Under the pieces are notes generated by a model, which had not been told where the DNA came from, did not search any database, and saw only the letters and a program-made list of their open reading frames with translations. 52,747 bases of DNA from Candidatus Planktophila sp. (GTDB taxonomy: Bacteria; Actinomycetota; Actinomycetes; Nanopelagicales; Nanopelagicaceae), in assembly GCA_044354355.1 (NCBI GenBank), contig JBILAD010000001.1:1-52747 (forward strand), read 5' to 3'. Positions 22,462 through 31,338 of this stretch are shown in pieces. The number at the start of each line of letters is the position of its first letter. The stretch's first letter is position 1. Made by a program: the position numbers and the translations under genes.

Positions 22462-23100
22462 TTACAACCCAATCAACTCAATAACCGTCTTCAAGGATGG
22501 TTCATTAATAGCCATATCGGCAGCCTCCACAACAACAGGTTTAGCGTTAAATGCGATACTCAAACCTGCGATGGCCATCATGCCCAAATCATTTGCTCCA
22601 TCACCTATTGCAACGGTGTTTTCCATCGCAACGTCACTAGCGCGGGCAAATTCTTTAAGTGCCTCAGCTTTAGCGACGCGATCTATAACAGGGCCAATCA
22701 ACCCGCCAGTTAGAACTCCATCGACTATTTCAAGGGTATTTGCTTTGTAATACTTGATAGATAATCCCTGAATCATTGGTTCAATGATGTTGATGAATCC
22801 TCCAGAAACAAGTGCAACGCTATGACCCAGAGCATGGAGATTATTGACTAGATCCTCTGCTCCATCTGTCTGTGAAATCTCACCTTGCACTTGACTAATG
22901 ACGCTCTCAGGCAAACCCTTAAGGAGAGCAACGCGTGCACGCAAACTGTTTTCAAAATCGAGCTCACCCCGCATTGCCGACTCAGTTATTCGAGCGACTT
23001 CACCTAGGACGCCAGCTTTTGCGGCAAGAAGTTCAATAGCCTCTTGTTGAATAAATGTTGAGTCAACATCTAGTTGAACCAATTTCTTAACAAATCCCAT
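22462..23100 (-). CDS. serB: phosphoserine phosphatase catalytic (HAD) domain
   Basis: DVDST, AMRGELDF, VSGGF, GDGANDL. Confidence 0.93.
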   Translation of the reverse strand: MGFVKKLVQLDVDSTFIQQEAIELLAAKAGVLGEVARITESAMRGELDFENSLRARVALLKGLPESVISQVQGEISQTDGAEDLVNNLHALGHSVALVSGGFINIIEPMIQGLSIKYYKANTLEIVDGVLTGGLIGPVIDRVAKAEALKEFARASDVAMENTVAIGDGANDLGMMAIAGLSIAFNAKPVVVEAADMAINEPSLKTVIELIGL

Positions 23101-23104
23101 GTGT

Positions 23105-23626
23105 TTAAAGAGCTTTCACTGTCACAGTGGTTGCATCTTCAAAGCTCACAGCTGACAGAGCCGCATCTATTGCTATTTTATCTACATCAGAAATTGTGAA
23201 GCATATAGAAACTGGATCATCTGCGGTTCGAATAACTCTGACGATATTCGCACCAGAATCGGTGATTGTTTTGGCAACGAGTGCAACTGCTTGTGGGTGC
23301 AACTTCGGCGCGCTCATGTGAACTTCTAGAAGGTTGTGGGGAGTAAGTGCCAAAGCTCCTTTGCCAAACAATGTTGCGATATCAACATCTAAAGTTAGTC
23401 CGCAGGAATTAAGGTCTTCTTCGATTGCACTTTGATGAGCAGGATTAGCACCGATTAATACAGTCAGGATCAATCGGTTGTTAATGATGACTTGTTCGAT
23501 ATCAATCACATGCACTGCAAATGGGGCAAGGGTCTGAAAAAGAGAAGCTGCTATCCCGGGCTTGTCGGTGCCAGTTAGAAGGATTAGACCGGTGAACTGC
23601 TCTGCTTGCGCGGTATTTTCTGTCAT
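23105..23626 (-). CDS. tandem ACT-domain protein (regulatory half of SerB2-type phosphatase)
   Basis: TGTDKPGIA...DIEQVII ACT signature plus a second, degenerate ACT; immediately upstream of serB. Confidence 0.8.
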   Translation of the reverse strand: MTENTAQAEQFTGLILLTGTDKPGIAASLFQTLAPFAVHVIDIEQVIINNRLILTVLIGANPAHQSAIEEDLNSCGLTLDVDIATLFGKGALALTPHNLLEVHMSAPKLHPQAVALVAKTITDSGANIVRVIRTADDPVSICFTISDVDKIAIDAALSAVSFEDATTVTVKAL

Positions 23627-23711
23627 AAGAAGGCAAGGTTATCGTGAATCACTCCTTGATAAGGCGAGGCTTTGAGGCTGGTTACTCATATAAGCACTAT
23701 CTTTTGCATCT

Positions 23712-24500
23712 ATGGGTACCACCGTTCTTAGCCTTAACGATGTCTCAGTTCGCAGAGGCGATCGAGTCATTCTGGGCCCATTGAACTTTTCCATAACCCA
23801 AGGAGAACGCTGGGTTGTCCTTGGTCCAAATGGTGCTGGTAAATCCACACTTCTGCAGATTCTTGCTACAAAGATGTTCCCGACTCAAGGCGTCGTTAAG
23901 GTTTTAGATAAACAAATGGGGATGGTCGATCTCTTTGAATTGAGAACTCGAATTGGTCTTTGCGGCTCTGTTATTGCAGAAGACATACCTTTTGATGAAA
24001 CCGTCAAGGACGTTGTTCTTACGGCAGCATATGCAATCTTGGGCCGCTGGAACGAAGATTACGACCTCTGGGATGAGTCGCGAGCAATGGCTTTGCTGAC
24101 CACCTTTGGTGTACGTGAACTTGGCGATCGCATCTATGGGACGTTGAGTGAAGGTGAAAAAAAGCGTGTTCAAATATCCAGAGCATTAATGACAGATCCA
24201 GAGCTTTTGCTTCTGGATGAACCAGCAGCAGGATTAGATCTTGGTGGTCGTGAAGATCTCTTGCGCAGGTTCGCTAATTTTGCAGCCGATCCCGCAGCAC
24301 CGGCGACCATCCTTGTTACACACCACATTGAAGAAATACCTGTAGGAACTACGCACGCACTTCTTTTGAAAGATGGTGCAATCGCAGTTTCTGGCCCAAT
24401 AGATCAAGTGATAACAACAGATCATGTTTCTGCCGTTTTTGGAACACCAATCACGGTAACACCAGACTCTGGTCGATACTTTGCCCGTGCAACTATTTGA
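23712..24500 (+). CDS. orphan ABC transporter ATP-binding protein
   Basis: GPNGAGKST, LSEGE, LLLDEP, VTHH; no adjacent permease. Confidence 0.92.
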   Translation: MGTTVLSLNDVSVRRGDRVILGPLNFSITQGERWVVLGPNGAGKSTLLQILATKMFPTQGVVKVLDKQMGMVDLFELRTRIGLCGSVIAEDIPFDETVKDVVLTAAYAILGRWNEDYDLWDESRAMALLTTFGVRELGDRIYGTLSEGEKKRVQISRALMTDPELLLLDEPAAGLDLGGREDLLRRFANFAADPAAPATILVTHHIEEIPVGTTHALLLKDGAIAVSGPIDQVITTDHVSAVFGTPITVTPDSGRYFARATI

Positions 24501-25122
24501 TCAACTGCACTCTGATTGGCAGAGGGTCTTAGAACCGCATAGTGAGCTGATACATCAAATTGAAGAGAAGTTAACTGGTGTTGAAGTAGCACCAGATTTT
24601 CAGCATATATTTCGCACGCTAACGCGGCCAATCAACTCGACTCGCGTTGTCATTTTTGGGCAGGATCCATATCCCACGAAGGGTCATGCTCATGGACTTG
24701 CTTTCTCAGTAGATAAGTCAGTTTCTCCCTTGCCACCATCTCTTCGAAATATCTTCAAGGAACTCGAAACAGATTATGGAGTGAACAGAACCAAGGGTGA
24801 TCTTTCAGATTGGTTTGATCAAGGTGTATTGCTAGTTAATCGGCTTCTAACTACCGAGTCTGGCACCTCACTGGCGCACAAGGATCTTGGTTGGCAGGTC
24901 ATAACGGATGCGGTTGCCCAGGAGTTAGGGCAAAATAATGTTGTTGCAATGTTGTGGGGAAAAAATGCTGGGGAGCTATCGCATTTCTTTCGCCCTGAAT
25001 GGCGTATTGAATCGGTCCATCCAAGTCCGCTTTCGGCATATCGTGGTTTCTTTGGTTCAAAGCCGTTCTCTAAATGCAATGAGATTTTGATTCAAAATGG
25101 GATCAGCCCCATACGTTGGTAG
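24481..25122 (+). CDS. ung: uracil-DNA glycosylase family 1
   Basis: GQDPY, GLAFS, HPSPLS; GTG at 24487 is an alternative start. Confidence 0.95.
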   Translation: MPVQLFDQLHSDWQRVLEPHSELIHQIEEKLTGVEVAPDFQHIFRTLTRPINSTRVVIFGQDPYPTKGHAHGLAFSVDKSVSPLPPSLRNIFKELETDYGVNRTKGDLSDWFDQGVLLVNRLLTTESGTSLAHKDLGWQVITDAVAQELGQNNVVAMLWGKNAGELSHFFRPEWRIESVHPSPLSAYRGFFGSKPFSKCNEILIQNGISPIRW

Positions 25123-25135
25123 TTGTTGAGGGCAA

Positions 25136-25169
25136 GCAAAAGGCCCCCGGTTTCCCGAGGGCCTTTTGT
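25136..25169. terminator. intrinsic (likely bidirectional) terminator between convergent ung and NCS2 permease
   Basis: GCAAAAGGCCCcCGG-TTTC-CCGaGGGCCTTTTGT hairpin; GAAA loop on the minus strand; A/T runs at both ends. Confidence 0.85.
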
Positions 25170-25181
25170 TATGAAGTTTTT

Positions 25182-26627
25182 CTAGCCAACCCAAGCGTTA
25201 ATTGGTGATGACAAGAAGTAGATCATGAATAGCCCTGATACTAGGAGAAGAAGTGGGTGTACTTCTTTTCCACGACCCTGAACCAAGCGAATGACCACGT
25301 GGGTAATGAATCCTGCGCCAATACCTACTGAGATGTTGTAAGTAAATGGCATCAAGATGATTGTTAAGAATGCAGGAATACCAATTCCTAGATCATCCCA
25401 ACCGATGTTCTTGATCTGGGACATCATGAGGAATCCGACAATGATTAGAGCTGGTGTTGCAGCCTCATAAGGAATGATTGCAACAAGAGGAGCTAAGAAT
25501 GTTGTTAGCAGGAATGCAATTCCTGTAACAATCGAAGCAAGGCCAGTTCGTGCACCTTCGCCAACACCTGCAGCTGACTCGATGTAGCTAGTATTAGAAG
25601 AAATACCAGCGGCACCACCTGCAGCTGCTGCTACAGAGTCAACCAACAAGATCTTCTGGATGTTGTCAACGTTGCCATCTTTGTCAGCTAGTCCGGATTC
25701 ATGACCGATAGCTGTAACTGTTCCGACTGTGTCGAAGAAGTCTGAAAGAAGCAATGTGAAGAGAAGCAGAATTGCAGCAACCAATGTAACATTGTCAACG
25801 CTAAATGCTCCGAATAGATCGAACTGTCCCGTGAAATCGAACTTTGGAACGGCAACGATTTCTGTTGGAACTGCAGGAATACCTAGTTGCCAACCGCCAT
25901 CAACGATGGTTGGTGGATTTCCTGGAGTGAAGTTTGGTTTGATGTTAAACGCCTGCTGGATACCGATAGCTAAAGCGGTTGCTGAAGCGATTCCAATGAG
26001 AATCGCGCCCTTAACCTTACGGACCATCAGTGCAATGATGAGAAGTGTTCCGAATACGAATACCACTGTTGGCCAACCAACTAGATTTCCGTTAACTCCT
26101 AGGCCAACTGGTACTGGACCAGAAGCCGTGCGACGAACGAAACCTGCATCAACTAGGCCGATAAGAGCAATGAATAGCCCAATACCTACTGAAATTGCAA
26201 TCTTGATTTGAGGTGGAACTGCCTTAAATACTGCAACACGGAAGCCAGTCAAAACTAGGACCAGGATGATTAGGCCCTCAAGAACAACAAGGCCCATGGC
26301 AGCTGCCCATGTCATCTGCGAAGCGATACCAACTGCTACGAATGTATTAAGACCCAAGCCTGTTGCAAGTGCAAGAGGGTAGTTGGCAACAGATCCCATA
26401 AGAATTGTTAGCACACCTGCTACTAGCGCAGTTGTTGCGGCAACCATTGCTGGTGCGGGAGCAGCTCCACCAAAGAGGAACTGACCATTTGCATCAGGTG
26501 AGTACGCCAAAATAATTGGGTTGAGGGCAACGATGTATGCCATTGTGAAGAAGGTAACTAGTCCGCCTCTAACCTCTTGGGCTATTGATGAACCTCGTTC
26601 TGAGATTTTAAAATATGAATCCAGCAT
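25182..26627 (-). CDS. NCS2/AzgA-family purine (nucleobase) permease
   Basis: GGLVTFFTMAYI, DFFDTVGT, YIESAAGVGEGARTG, MPFTYNI; SD AGAAAGG before ATG 26627. Confidence 0.92.
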   Translation of the reverse strand: MLDSYFKISERGSSIAQEVRGGLVTFFTMAYIVALNPIILAYSPDANGQFLFGGAAPAPAMVAATTALVAGVLTILMGSVANYPLALATGLGLNTFVAVGIASQMTWAAAMGLVVLEGLIILVLVLTGFRVAVFKAVPPQIKIAISVGIGLFIALIGLVDAGFVRRTASGPVPVGLGVNGNLVGWPTVVFVFGTLLIIALMVRKVKGAILIGIASATALAIGIQQAFNIKPNFTPGNPPTIVDGGWQLGIPAVPTEIVAVPKFDFTGQFDLFGAFSVDNVTLVAAILLLFTLLLSDFFDTVGTVTAIGHESGLADKDGNVDNIQKILLVDSVAAAAGGAAGISSNTSYIESAAGVGEGARTGLASIVTGIAFLLTTFLAPLVAIIPYEAATPALIIVGFLMMSQIKNIGWDDLGIGIPAFLTIILMPFTYNISVGIGAGFITHVVIRLVQGRGKEVHPLLLLVSGLFMIYFLSSPINAWVG

Positions 26628-26721
26628 GAATTGAGCCTTTCTGATTTTGTTAACGGGGGTGTTTGCGACCCCGTGTGCGTAAAGGGCGCACAACCCTGGG
26701 AAGATGCAGTGAGTCTATGGG

Positions 26722-27387
26722 CTACTTAGAGGTAACTCTTGAAACGACTCCCAGAGAAATTGCGATTGATTGACCTATTAATGTGGCAAACATGAGCGTG
26801 CCTAGGCCCACCGTGCCACCTAGAAGCCAACCAGCAACTAAGACCGTGCCCTCTATGCCTAACCGAACTCTGCCAATACGGATGCCGGACTTGTTGTGGA
26901 GCGCTGTCATCAAGCCATCTCGCGGACCAGGTCCTAGGCCACATGTTATGTACAAACTAGATCCAATTCCAACCATCGCTATACCTACCAGGCAATAAAC
27001 AATGCCAAACAAGTATGAATCCTGGGCCGGAAATATCGTGACACCAACTTGAATTGCAAGTGCGATGAGAGCGATGTTCGACAAAGTTCCAAATCCAGGC
27101 TTTTCCTTTAATGGAATCCAAAGAAGTAACACAAGTGTGCTGATGGCAAATGTTGACCACCCCATCGTTATATCCAAACGATTGGAAATACCTTGAGCTA
27201 ATACAGACCATGGCGCATTACCGATCTGACTTTGAATGAGTAAAGAATCCCCAAGTCCAAAAACAAACAAACCGAAAAATAGAACACCAGTACGAAGAGG
27301 GGAGAGGTCCCATCGTGATGTTCCGGTCCACGGAGTAACTGGAACTGTTTTATGAGGACGCAAGAACTCTAGAAAAGGATTGGACAT
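26722..27387 (-). CDS. YczE/YyaS/YitT-family membrane protein
   Basis: Duplicated motifs GNAPWSVLAQG and GPGPRDGLMTAL; GFGT and VGLGT; hydrophobic. Confidence 0.82.
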   Translation of the reverse strand: MSNPFLEFLRPHKTVPVTPWTGTSRWDLSPLRTGVLFFGLFVFGLGDSLLIQSQIGNAPWSVLAQGISNRLDITMGWSTFAISTLVLLLWIPLKEKPGFGTLSNIALIALAIQVGVTIFPAQDSYLFGIVYCLVGIAMVGIGSSLYITCGLGPGPRDGLMTALHNKSGIRIGRVRLGIEGTVLVAGWLLGGTVGLGTLMFATLIGQSIAISLGVVSRVTSK

Positions 27388-27407
27388 TGCATGAGTATAA
27401 TCAGCAT
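27388..27407. promoter_or_regulatory. bidirectional promoter with overlapping -10 hexamers for two leaderless genes
   Basis: TATAAT (+, 27396-27401) lies 6 nt before ATG 27408; TATACT (-, 27394-27399) lies 6 nt before ATG 27387. Confidence 0.7.
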
Positions 27408-28139
27408 ATGTTTCCGGGTGCAGGCACAATCATAAATATCATCACCATTATCTCTGGTGCCTCATTGGGTGTGCTCGTTGGCAATCGCATGAAAACACGA
27501 ACTAGGACTCTTCTGACCGACGTTCTAGGTCTGGTAACTCTTTTGGGTGCTGGTTCTGCGTTGATCCCATTGTGGTCAGATAGATATGTGCAAGCACTCC
27601 CGAAAGGCTGGACCTTACTCGTTGTCCTTGGTTCACTCTTGATTGGCGGACTGATCGGATCCGCTCTCAAGCTTGAAGACAAACTAGATTCACTCGGAGA
27701 GAGTTTGCGAATAAAGTTCAAAGCTTCTAGTGATTCACCCTTTGTTGAAGGCTTTGTCGCCGCATCACTTCTTTTCGCCATTGGACCATTGGCAATATTG
27801 GGAAGCATCAGCGATGGCATGGGCACGGGAATAGATCAATTAATTTTGAAAAGCACACTCGACTTTTTTGCCGCCATGGCTTTTGCAACATCTCTAGGGT
27901 GGGGAGTAGCAGTCTCAGCCATTCCAGTTGGCATATATCAAGGGGTTTGGACTCTTATCGGTTTTGGATTAGGCGAAATTCTAGATGGCTACCAGGTAGA
28001 TGCTATGACCGTAGTTGGCGGAATAATGCTTATTTGCATCTCACTGAGATTGCTCAACATCAAAAATGTGGCCGTTGGAAATCTTTTACCAGCACTTGCT
28101 ATCGCACCGATTTTTGCTTTAGTGGTTCATTCGCTTTAA
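27408..28139 (+). CDS. DUF554 family membrane protein
   Basis: GTIIN, GFVAASLLFAIGPLAILGSI.DG, KSTLDF, NLLPAL. Confidence 0.88.
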   Translation: MFPGAGTIINIITIISGASLGVLVGNRMKTRTRTLLTDVLGLVTLLGAGSALIPLWSDRYVQALPKGWTLLVVLGSLLIGGLIGSALKLEDKLDSLGESLRIKFKASSDSPFVEGFVAASLLFAIGPLAILGSISDGMGTGIDQLILKSTLDFFAAMAFATSLGWGVAVSAIPVGIYQGVWTLIGFGLGEILDGYQVDAMTVVGGIMLICISLRLLNIKNVAVGNLLPALAIAPIFALVVHSL

Positions 28140-28166
28140 TAGTGGCGTATGTACGAGATTGAGCTG

Positions 28167-28811
28167 CTACTCCTTGAAAGGTAGCGGAATCGATGATGTG
28201 TGAGCGGCCCCTGATACACGCGCAGTTACCTGGCGCATATGGTGCCTGCGGCACAATACTTCATAAGCAACATCAGCGCCTGTTGATACATCTCCAACAA
28301 CAACCTGTTCTCCCTCGACAACCATGACTCCACCAATTGTGCGGGCATTATGTGTGGCACGTGATCCACACCAACATAAAGCTTCAACCTGAAGGGTGTT
28401 CACACGATCTGCAAGTTCTACCAATCGAGCAGAGCCAGGAAAGAGTTTGGTTCTAAAATCTGCCAAGATGCCAAAAGCAAAAACATCAATACTTAGTCCA
28501 TCTACGATTCGGGCTAGTTGATCGATTTGAACACTTTCATAGAACTGTGCTTCATCACAAATAATGTAATCAATTCGCTCGCCCATGGATAGTTGATCCA
28601 CAACGAGTTTATGTAAATCCATTGACGGAGTAACTTCGATGGCAGGGCTCGAAAGTCCCAAGCGACTAGATATCACGCCGGTACCAGCACGATCATTATT
28701 GGTAAATATCAGCCCTGTTCGCCCGCGGCTCTGATGATTATGGGCTGTTTGCAATGCAAGAGTGGATTTTCCACTGTCCATTGTCCCGCAGTAATAAATC
28801 AACTCAGCCAT
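28167..28811 (-). CDS. tdk: thymidine kinase
   Basis: GTMDSGKST, SSRLG, DEAQF, Zn motif CWCG...YEVLCRRH; start at 28811 or 28820. Confidence 0.93.
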   Translation of the reverse strand: MAELIYYCGTMDSGKSTLALQTAHNHQSRGRTGLIFTNNDRAGTGVISSRLGLSSPAIEVTPSMDLHKLVVDQLSMGERIDYIICDEAQFYESVQIDQLARIVDGLSIDVFAFGILADFRTKLFPGSARLVELADRVNTLQVEALCWCGSRATHNARTIGGVMVVEGEQVVVGDVSTGADVAYEVLCRRHHMRQVTARVSGAAHTSSIPLPFKE

Positions 28812-28832
28812 GGAACGCATCTTGCCATAGCT

Positions 28833-30680
28833 CTAGGAAAATAGCCCTTTTTCCAAAAGTGCAGCTTCGAGTTGTGGCTTTAAAGCCAGAGCGGCGGCAA
28901 CAGAGATATGCGATGCATCACGATAAACAACGTAACCATCTTGAATAGCAAGGCATTGATCCGAACACAGCCACGGAGTCGGATCTATCTTTTGGAATCC
29001 GTTGATTATTTTGACAGGGGTCTCTTGAGTTGTGTTGCAGGATTTAACATCCTTAGATGCCAAACAATTAGGAATATCCCTTTGTGGCCGAGGAGTGTCA
29101 CTGATGTAGATCAGGTGGTCTGACAATCCTCGCAGAGAACTAAGTAATCGGATTTGCCCGTCTCTCCACCACTTGCTTTCACTTGGATAGCCACTTGGTG
29201 GAGAGAAATATTGGAAGCTACTCATTATTACTGCCTCGGGACGCAGTTGCTTAATCCTGTCTATTGCGTAATCACGCCATTTCTCGCAATGAATGTTCTT
29301 ATAGGCGCCTTGGTCGGCGCGTGGTACGTCAACAGATGGACATGCTGACTTGGTTAAAGAAACAAGTTTATAACCACGTTCATTTGCTAACTGTTCTAAA
29401 GCAGGAAACCATTGAGCTGCATGAGAATCTCCATACAGAACAATTGACTTCTTAGAACCCTTGTCACCGTAGATGCATTCACCAGACTTAGTTTCACCAT
29501 AGTTTGAATGGCAATCATCACCATAGACGGCGGGCTTTTGCATCACATCGACGAGATTGAACTTGTAGTCAGTTCCTCTAACGCTGATCATTGAAGATGA
29601 AGTGGAGGCGATCACAAGGCCTGCAACAAGGGAAACTATTGTGGTGACACCAAACAAAAGATAGATCTTCTTGCCAGCAATCTTCTTGTGTCGTATCGGT
29701 TGCTCAATGTATTTGCTGGTGAAATGAGCCAAAACGATCGTTAACAGAATGCAGAAAATACGTTCCCGGATGCGTAATGGTCGGCCAAGTGCGCTACTTG
29801 GCAGAACTAATGCCGGCCAATGCCATAGGTATAGCGGATAGGAAATCGTACCCAGCCATTGGGCGATGCGATTGTTGCTCAGATCATTAAATGCACGAGG
29901 CCATATCGCTATCGATCCAATGAGTGCGACAGTTGATAGAACTGGTAGCAGTGCATTGATCCCTGGAAATGCGGTGTTCTCATCAAACCGGAAGCAGGCA
30001 ATGGCTATTCCAATGACACCTAACCACGGAATGTATCTATTTTTCCAGAATGTTTCGGGAACGAAAAGAAGTAGAGCACCAAAGCCAAGTTCCCATGCTC
30101 TAGTTGGTAGTGAATAGAAGGCCCAAATTGGTGAAGTTTGAGTTTGATAAATAGAAAGAAGCAAAGAGAGAAAACTAGATATAGCAATGCCATAGAAAAT
30201 AGCTCGCTTGCCGTATCTGGAAAGGAAGAGGATGAAGATTGGCCAGATGATGTAGAACTGTTCTTCCACCGCCAATGACCAGTAATGGATAAAGGGGGAT
30301 GGCGTGGCATCTAGATTTTGGTAATCATTTTGCCACCAGGCAAATAGGTAATTGGAGACATAGGTTGCCGCCGCGAAGAGATCACGACCAAGGGCGTCTC
30401 GGGTAATAGCTGGAAGGACAAACATGCCTACAATTGCAGTAACAAAAAGAACAAATACAGAAGTCGGAAGTAAGCGTTTTATGCGGCGCTGATAAAAAGA
30501 ATGGAGATCCAATGTGCCCGTATTTTCGATCTCTCGAAGAATTAACCCAGTAATCAAAAATCCAGAAATCACATAGAAAATGTCTACACCAATAAAACCG
30601 CCCGGAAGCAATCTGGCATGAAATATTGTTACAAGGAGAGCAGCTAAGGCTCTTAAACCTTGAATTTGAAGTATGCGCAC
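28833..30680 (-). CDS. OafA/OatA-like acyltransferase-3 with SGNH domain (surface glycan O-acyltransferase)
   Basis: GLRALA, GVDIFYVISGFLI, HYWSLAVEEQFY, SYPLYLWHWP; SGNH GDSHA and DASH. Confidence 0.9.
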   Translation of the reverse strand: MRILQIQGLRALAALLVTIFHARLLPGGFIGVDIFYVISGFLITGLILREIENTGTLDLHSFYQRRIKRLLPTSVFVLFVTAIVGMFVLPAITRDALGRDLFAAATYVSNYLFAWWQNDYQNLDATPSPFIHYWSLAVEEQFYIIWPIFILFLSRYGKRAIFYGIAISSFLSLLLSIYQTQTSPIWAFYSLPTRAWELGFGALLLFVPETFWKNRYIPWLGVIGIAIACFRFDENTAFPGINALLPVLSTVALIGSIAIWPRAFNDLSNNRIAQWLGTISYPLYLWHWPALVLPSSALGRPLRIRERIFCILLTIVLAHFTSKYIEQPIRHKKIAGKKIYLLFGVTTIVSLVAGLVIASTSSSMISVRGTDYKFNLVDVMQKPAVYGDDCHSNYGETKSGECIYGDKGSKKSIVLYGDSHAAQWFPALEQLANERGYKLVSLTKSACPSVDVPRADQGAYKNIHCEKWRDYAIDRIKQLRPEAVIMSSFQYFSPPSGYPSESKWWRDGQIRLLSSLRGLSDHLIYISDTPRPQRDIPNCLASKDVKSCNTTQETPVKIINGFQKIDPTPWLCSDQCLAIQDGYVVYRDASHISVAAALALKPQLEAALLEKGLFS

Positions 30681-30682
30681 CT

Positions 30683-31210
30683 CTAGGAAACTACCAACGA
30701 TGTAACAGGGATATTTGGATACTTCGCGGCAAGTGTTGCTCTTCCCGGTAGGCCATCAATTTCAAGAAGTGCTAGAACATGAATGACTTCAGCGCCTAAA
30801 CGATGCATTAACTCAATTGCAGCCCCGATAGTTCCACCTGTTGCGAGCACATCGTCAATGAGCAAAACTTTTGATCCTTTTGATACGGCGTCCACGTGGA
30901 CTTCTAAAGTGTCGGAGCCGTATTCGAGTCCATAGGATTCTGAAATTGTGTTGTGTGGAAGTTTTCCAGCTTTTCGAATGGGCACAAAACCACTGTGTAG
31001 TTGATTTGCAACCGCGGAGGCAAAGATGAATCCTCGGGCTTCTATTCCAGCAATAAGTGTTGAAGAGTCGGCATAGCTTGCAAACTTTTCAGTGATGGCT
31101 ACAAATGCTTCTCCATGTGCCAAAAGTGGGGTGATGTCTTGAAATCTGATTCCTGGTTTTGGGTAGTCAGGGATTTCGCGGATGAGCAACAAGGCGTCAT
31201 CAATTTTCAT
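30683..31210 (-). CDS. apt: adenine phosphoribosyltransferase
   Basis: PDYPKPGIRFQDITPLL, EARGF, RKAGKLP, IDDVLATGGT. Confidence 0.96.
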   Translation of the reverse strand: MKIDDALLLIREIPDYPKPGIRFQDITPLLAHGEAFVAITEKFASYADSSTLIAGIEARGFIFASAVANQLHSGFVPIRKAGKLPHNTISESYGLEYGSDTLEVHVDAVSKGSKVLLIDDVLATGGTIGAAIELMHRLGAEVIHVLALLEIDGLPGRATLAAKYPNIPVTSLVVS

Positions 31211-31211
31211 G

Positions 31212-31295
31212 TGTCCGAGAGGGGACTTGAACCCCTAATCCCTTGCGGGAACTAACACCTCAAGCTAGCGCGTCTGCCAATTCCGCCACCCGGAC
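31212..31295 (-). tRNA. tRNA-Leu(GAG), CCA not encoded
   Basis: GTCCGGG/CTCGGAC acceptor stem, GGAATTGGCAGAC D-arm, CTAGC-TTGAGGT-GTTAG anticodon arm, long variable arm, GGTTCAAGTCC T-arm. Confidence 0.96.
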
Positions 31296-31338
31296 TAAGT
31301 GTTCGGAAAGAATAGCAATCAGGTGAGAGAATAGCGAA

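Noticed and set aside
26680-26692. PyrR site in the NCS2 leader (CCUUUA resemblance)
   Set aside because: Lacks the CCNGNGAGG loop element
31212-31295. tRNA-Leu as an integration site for an island
   Set aside because: No integrase and no duplicated tRNA 3' end seen in the window
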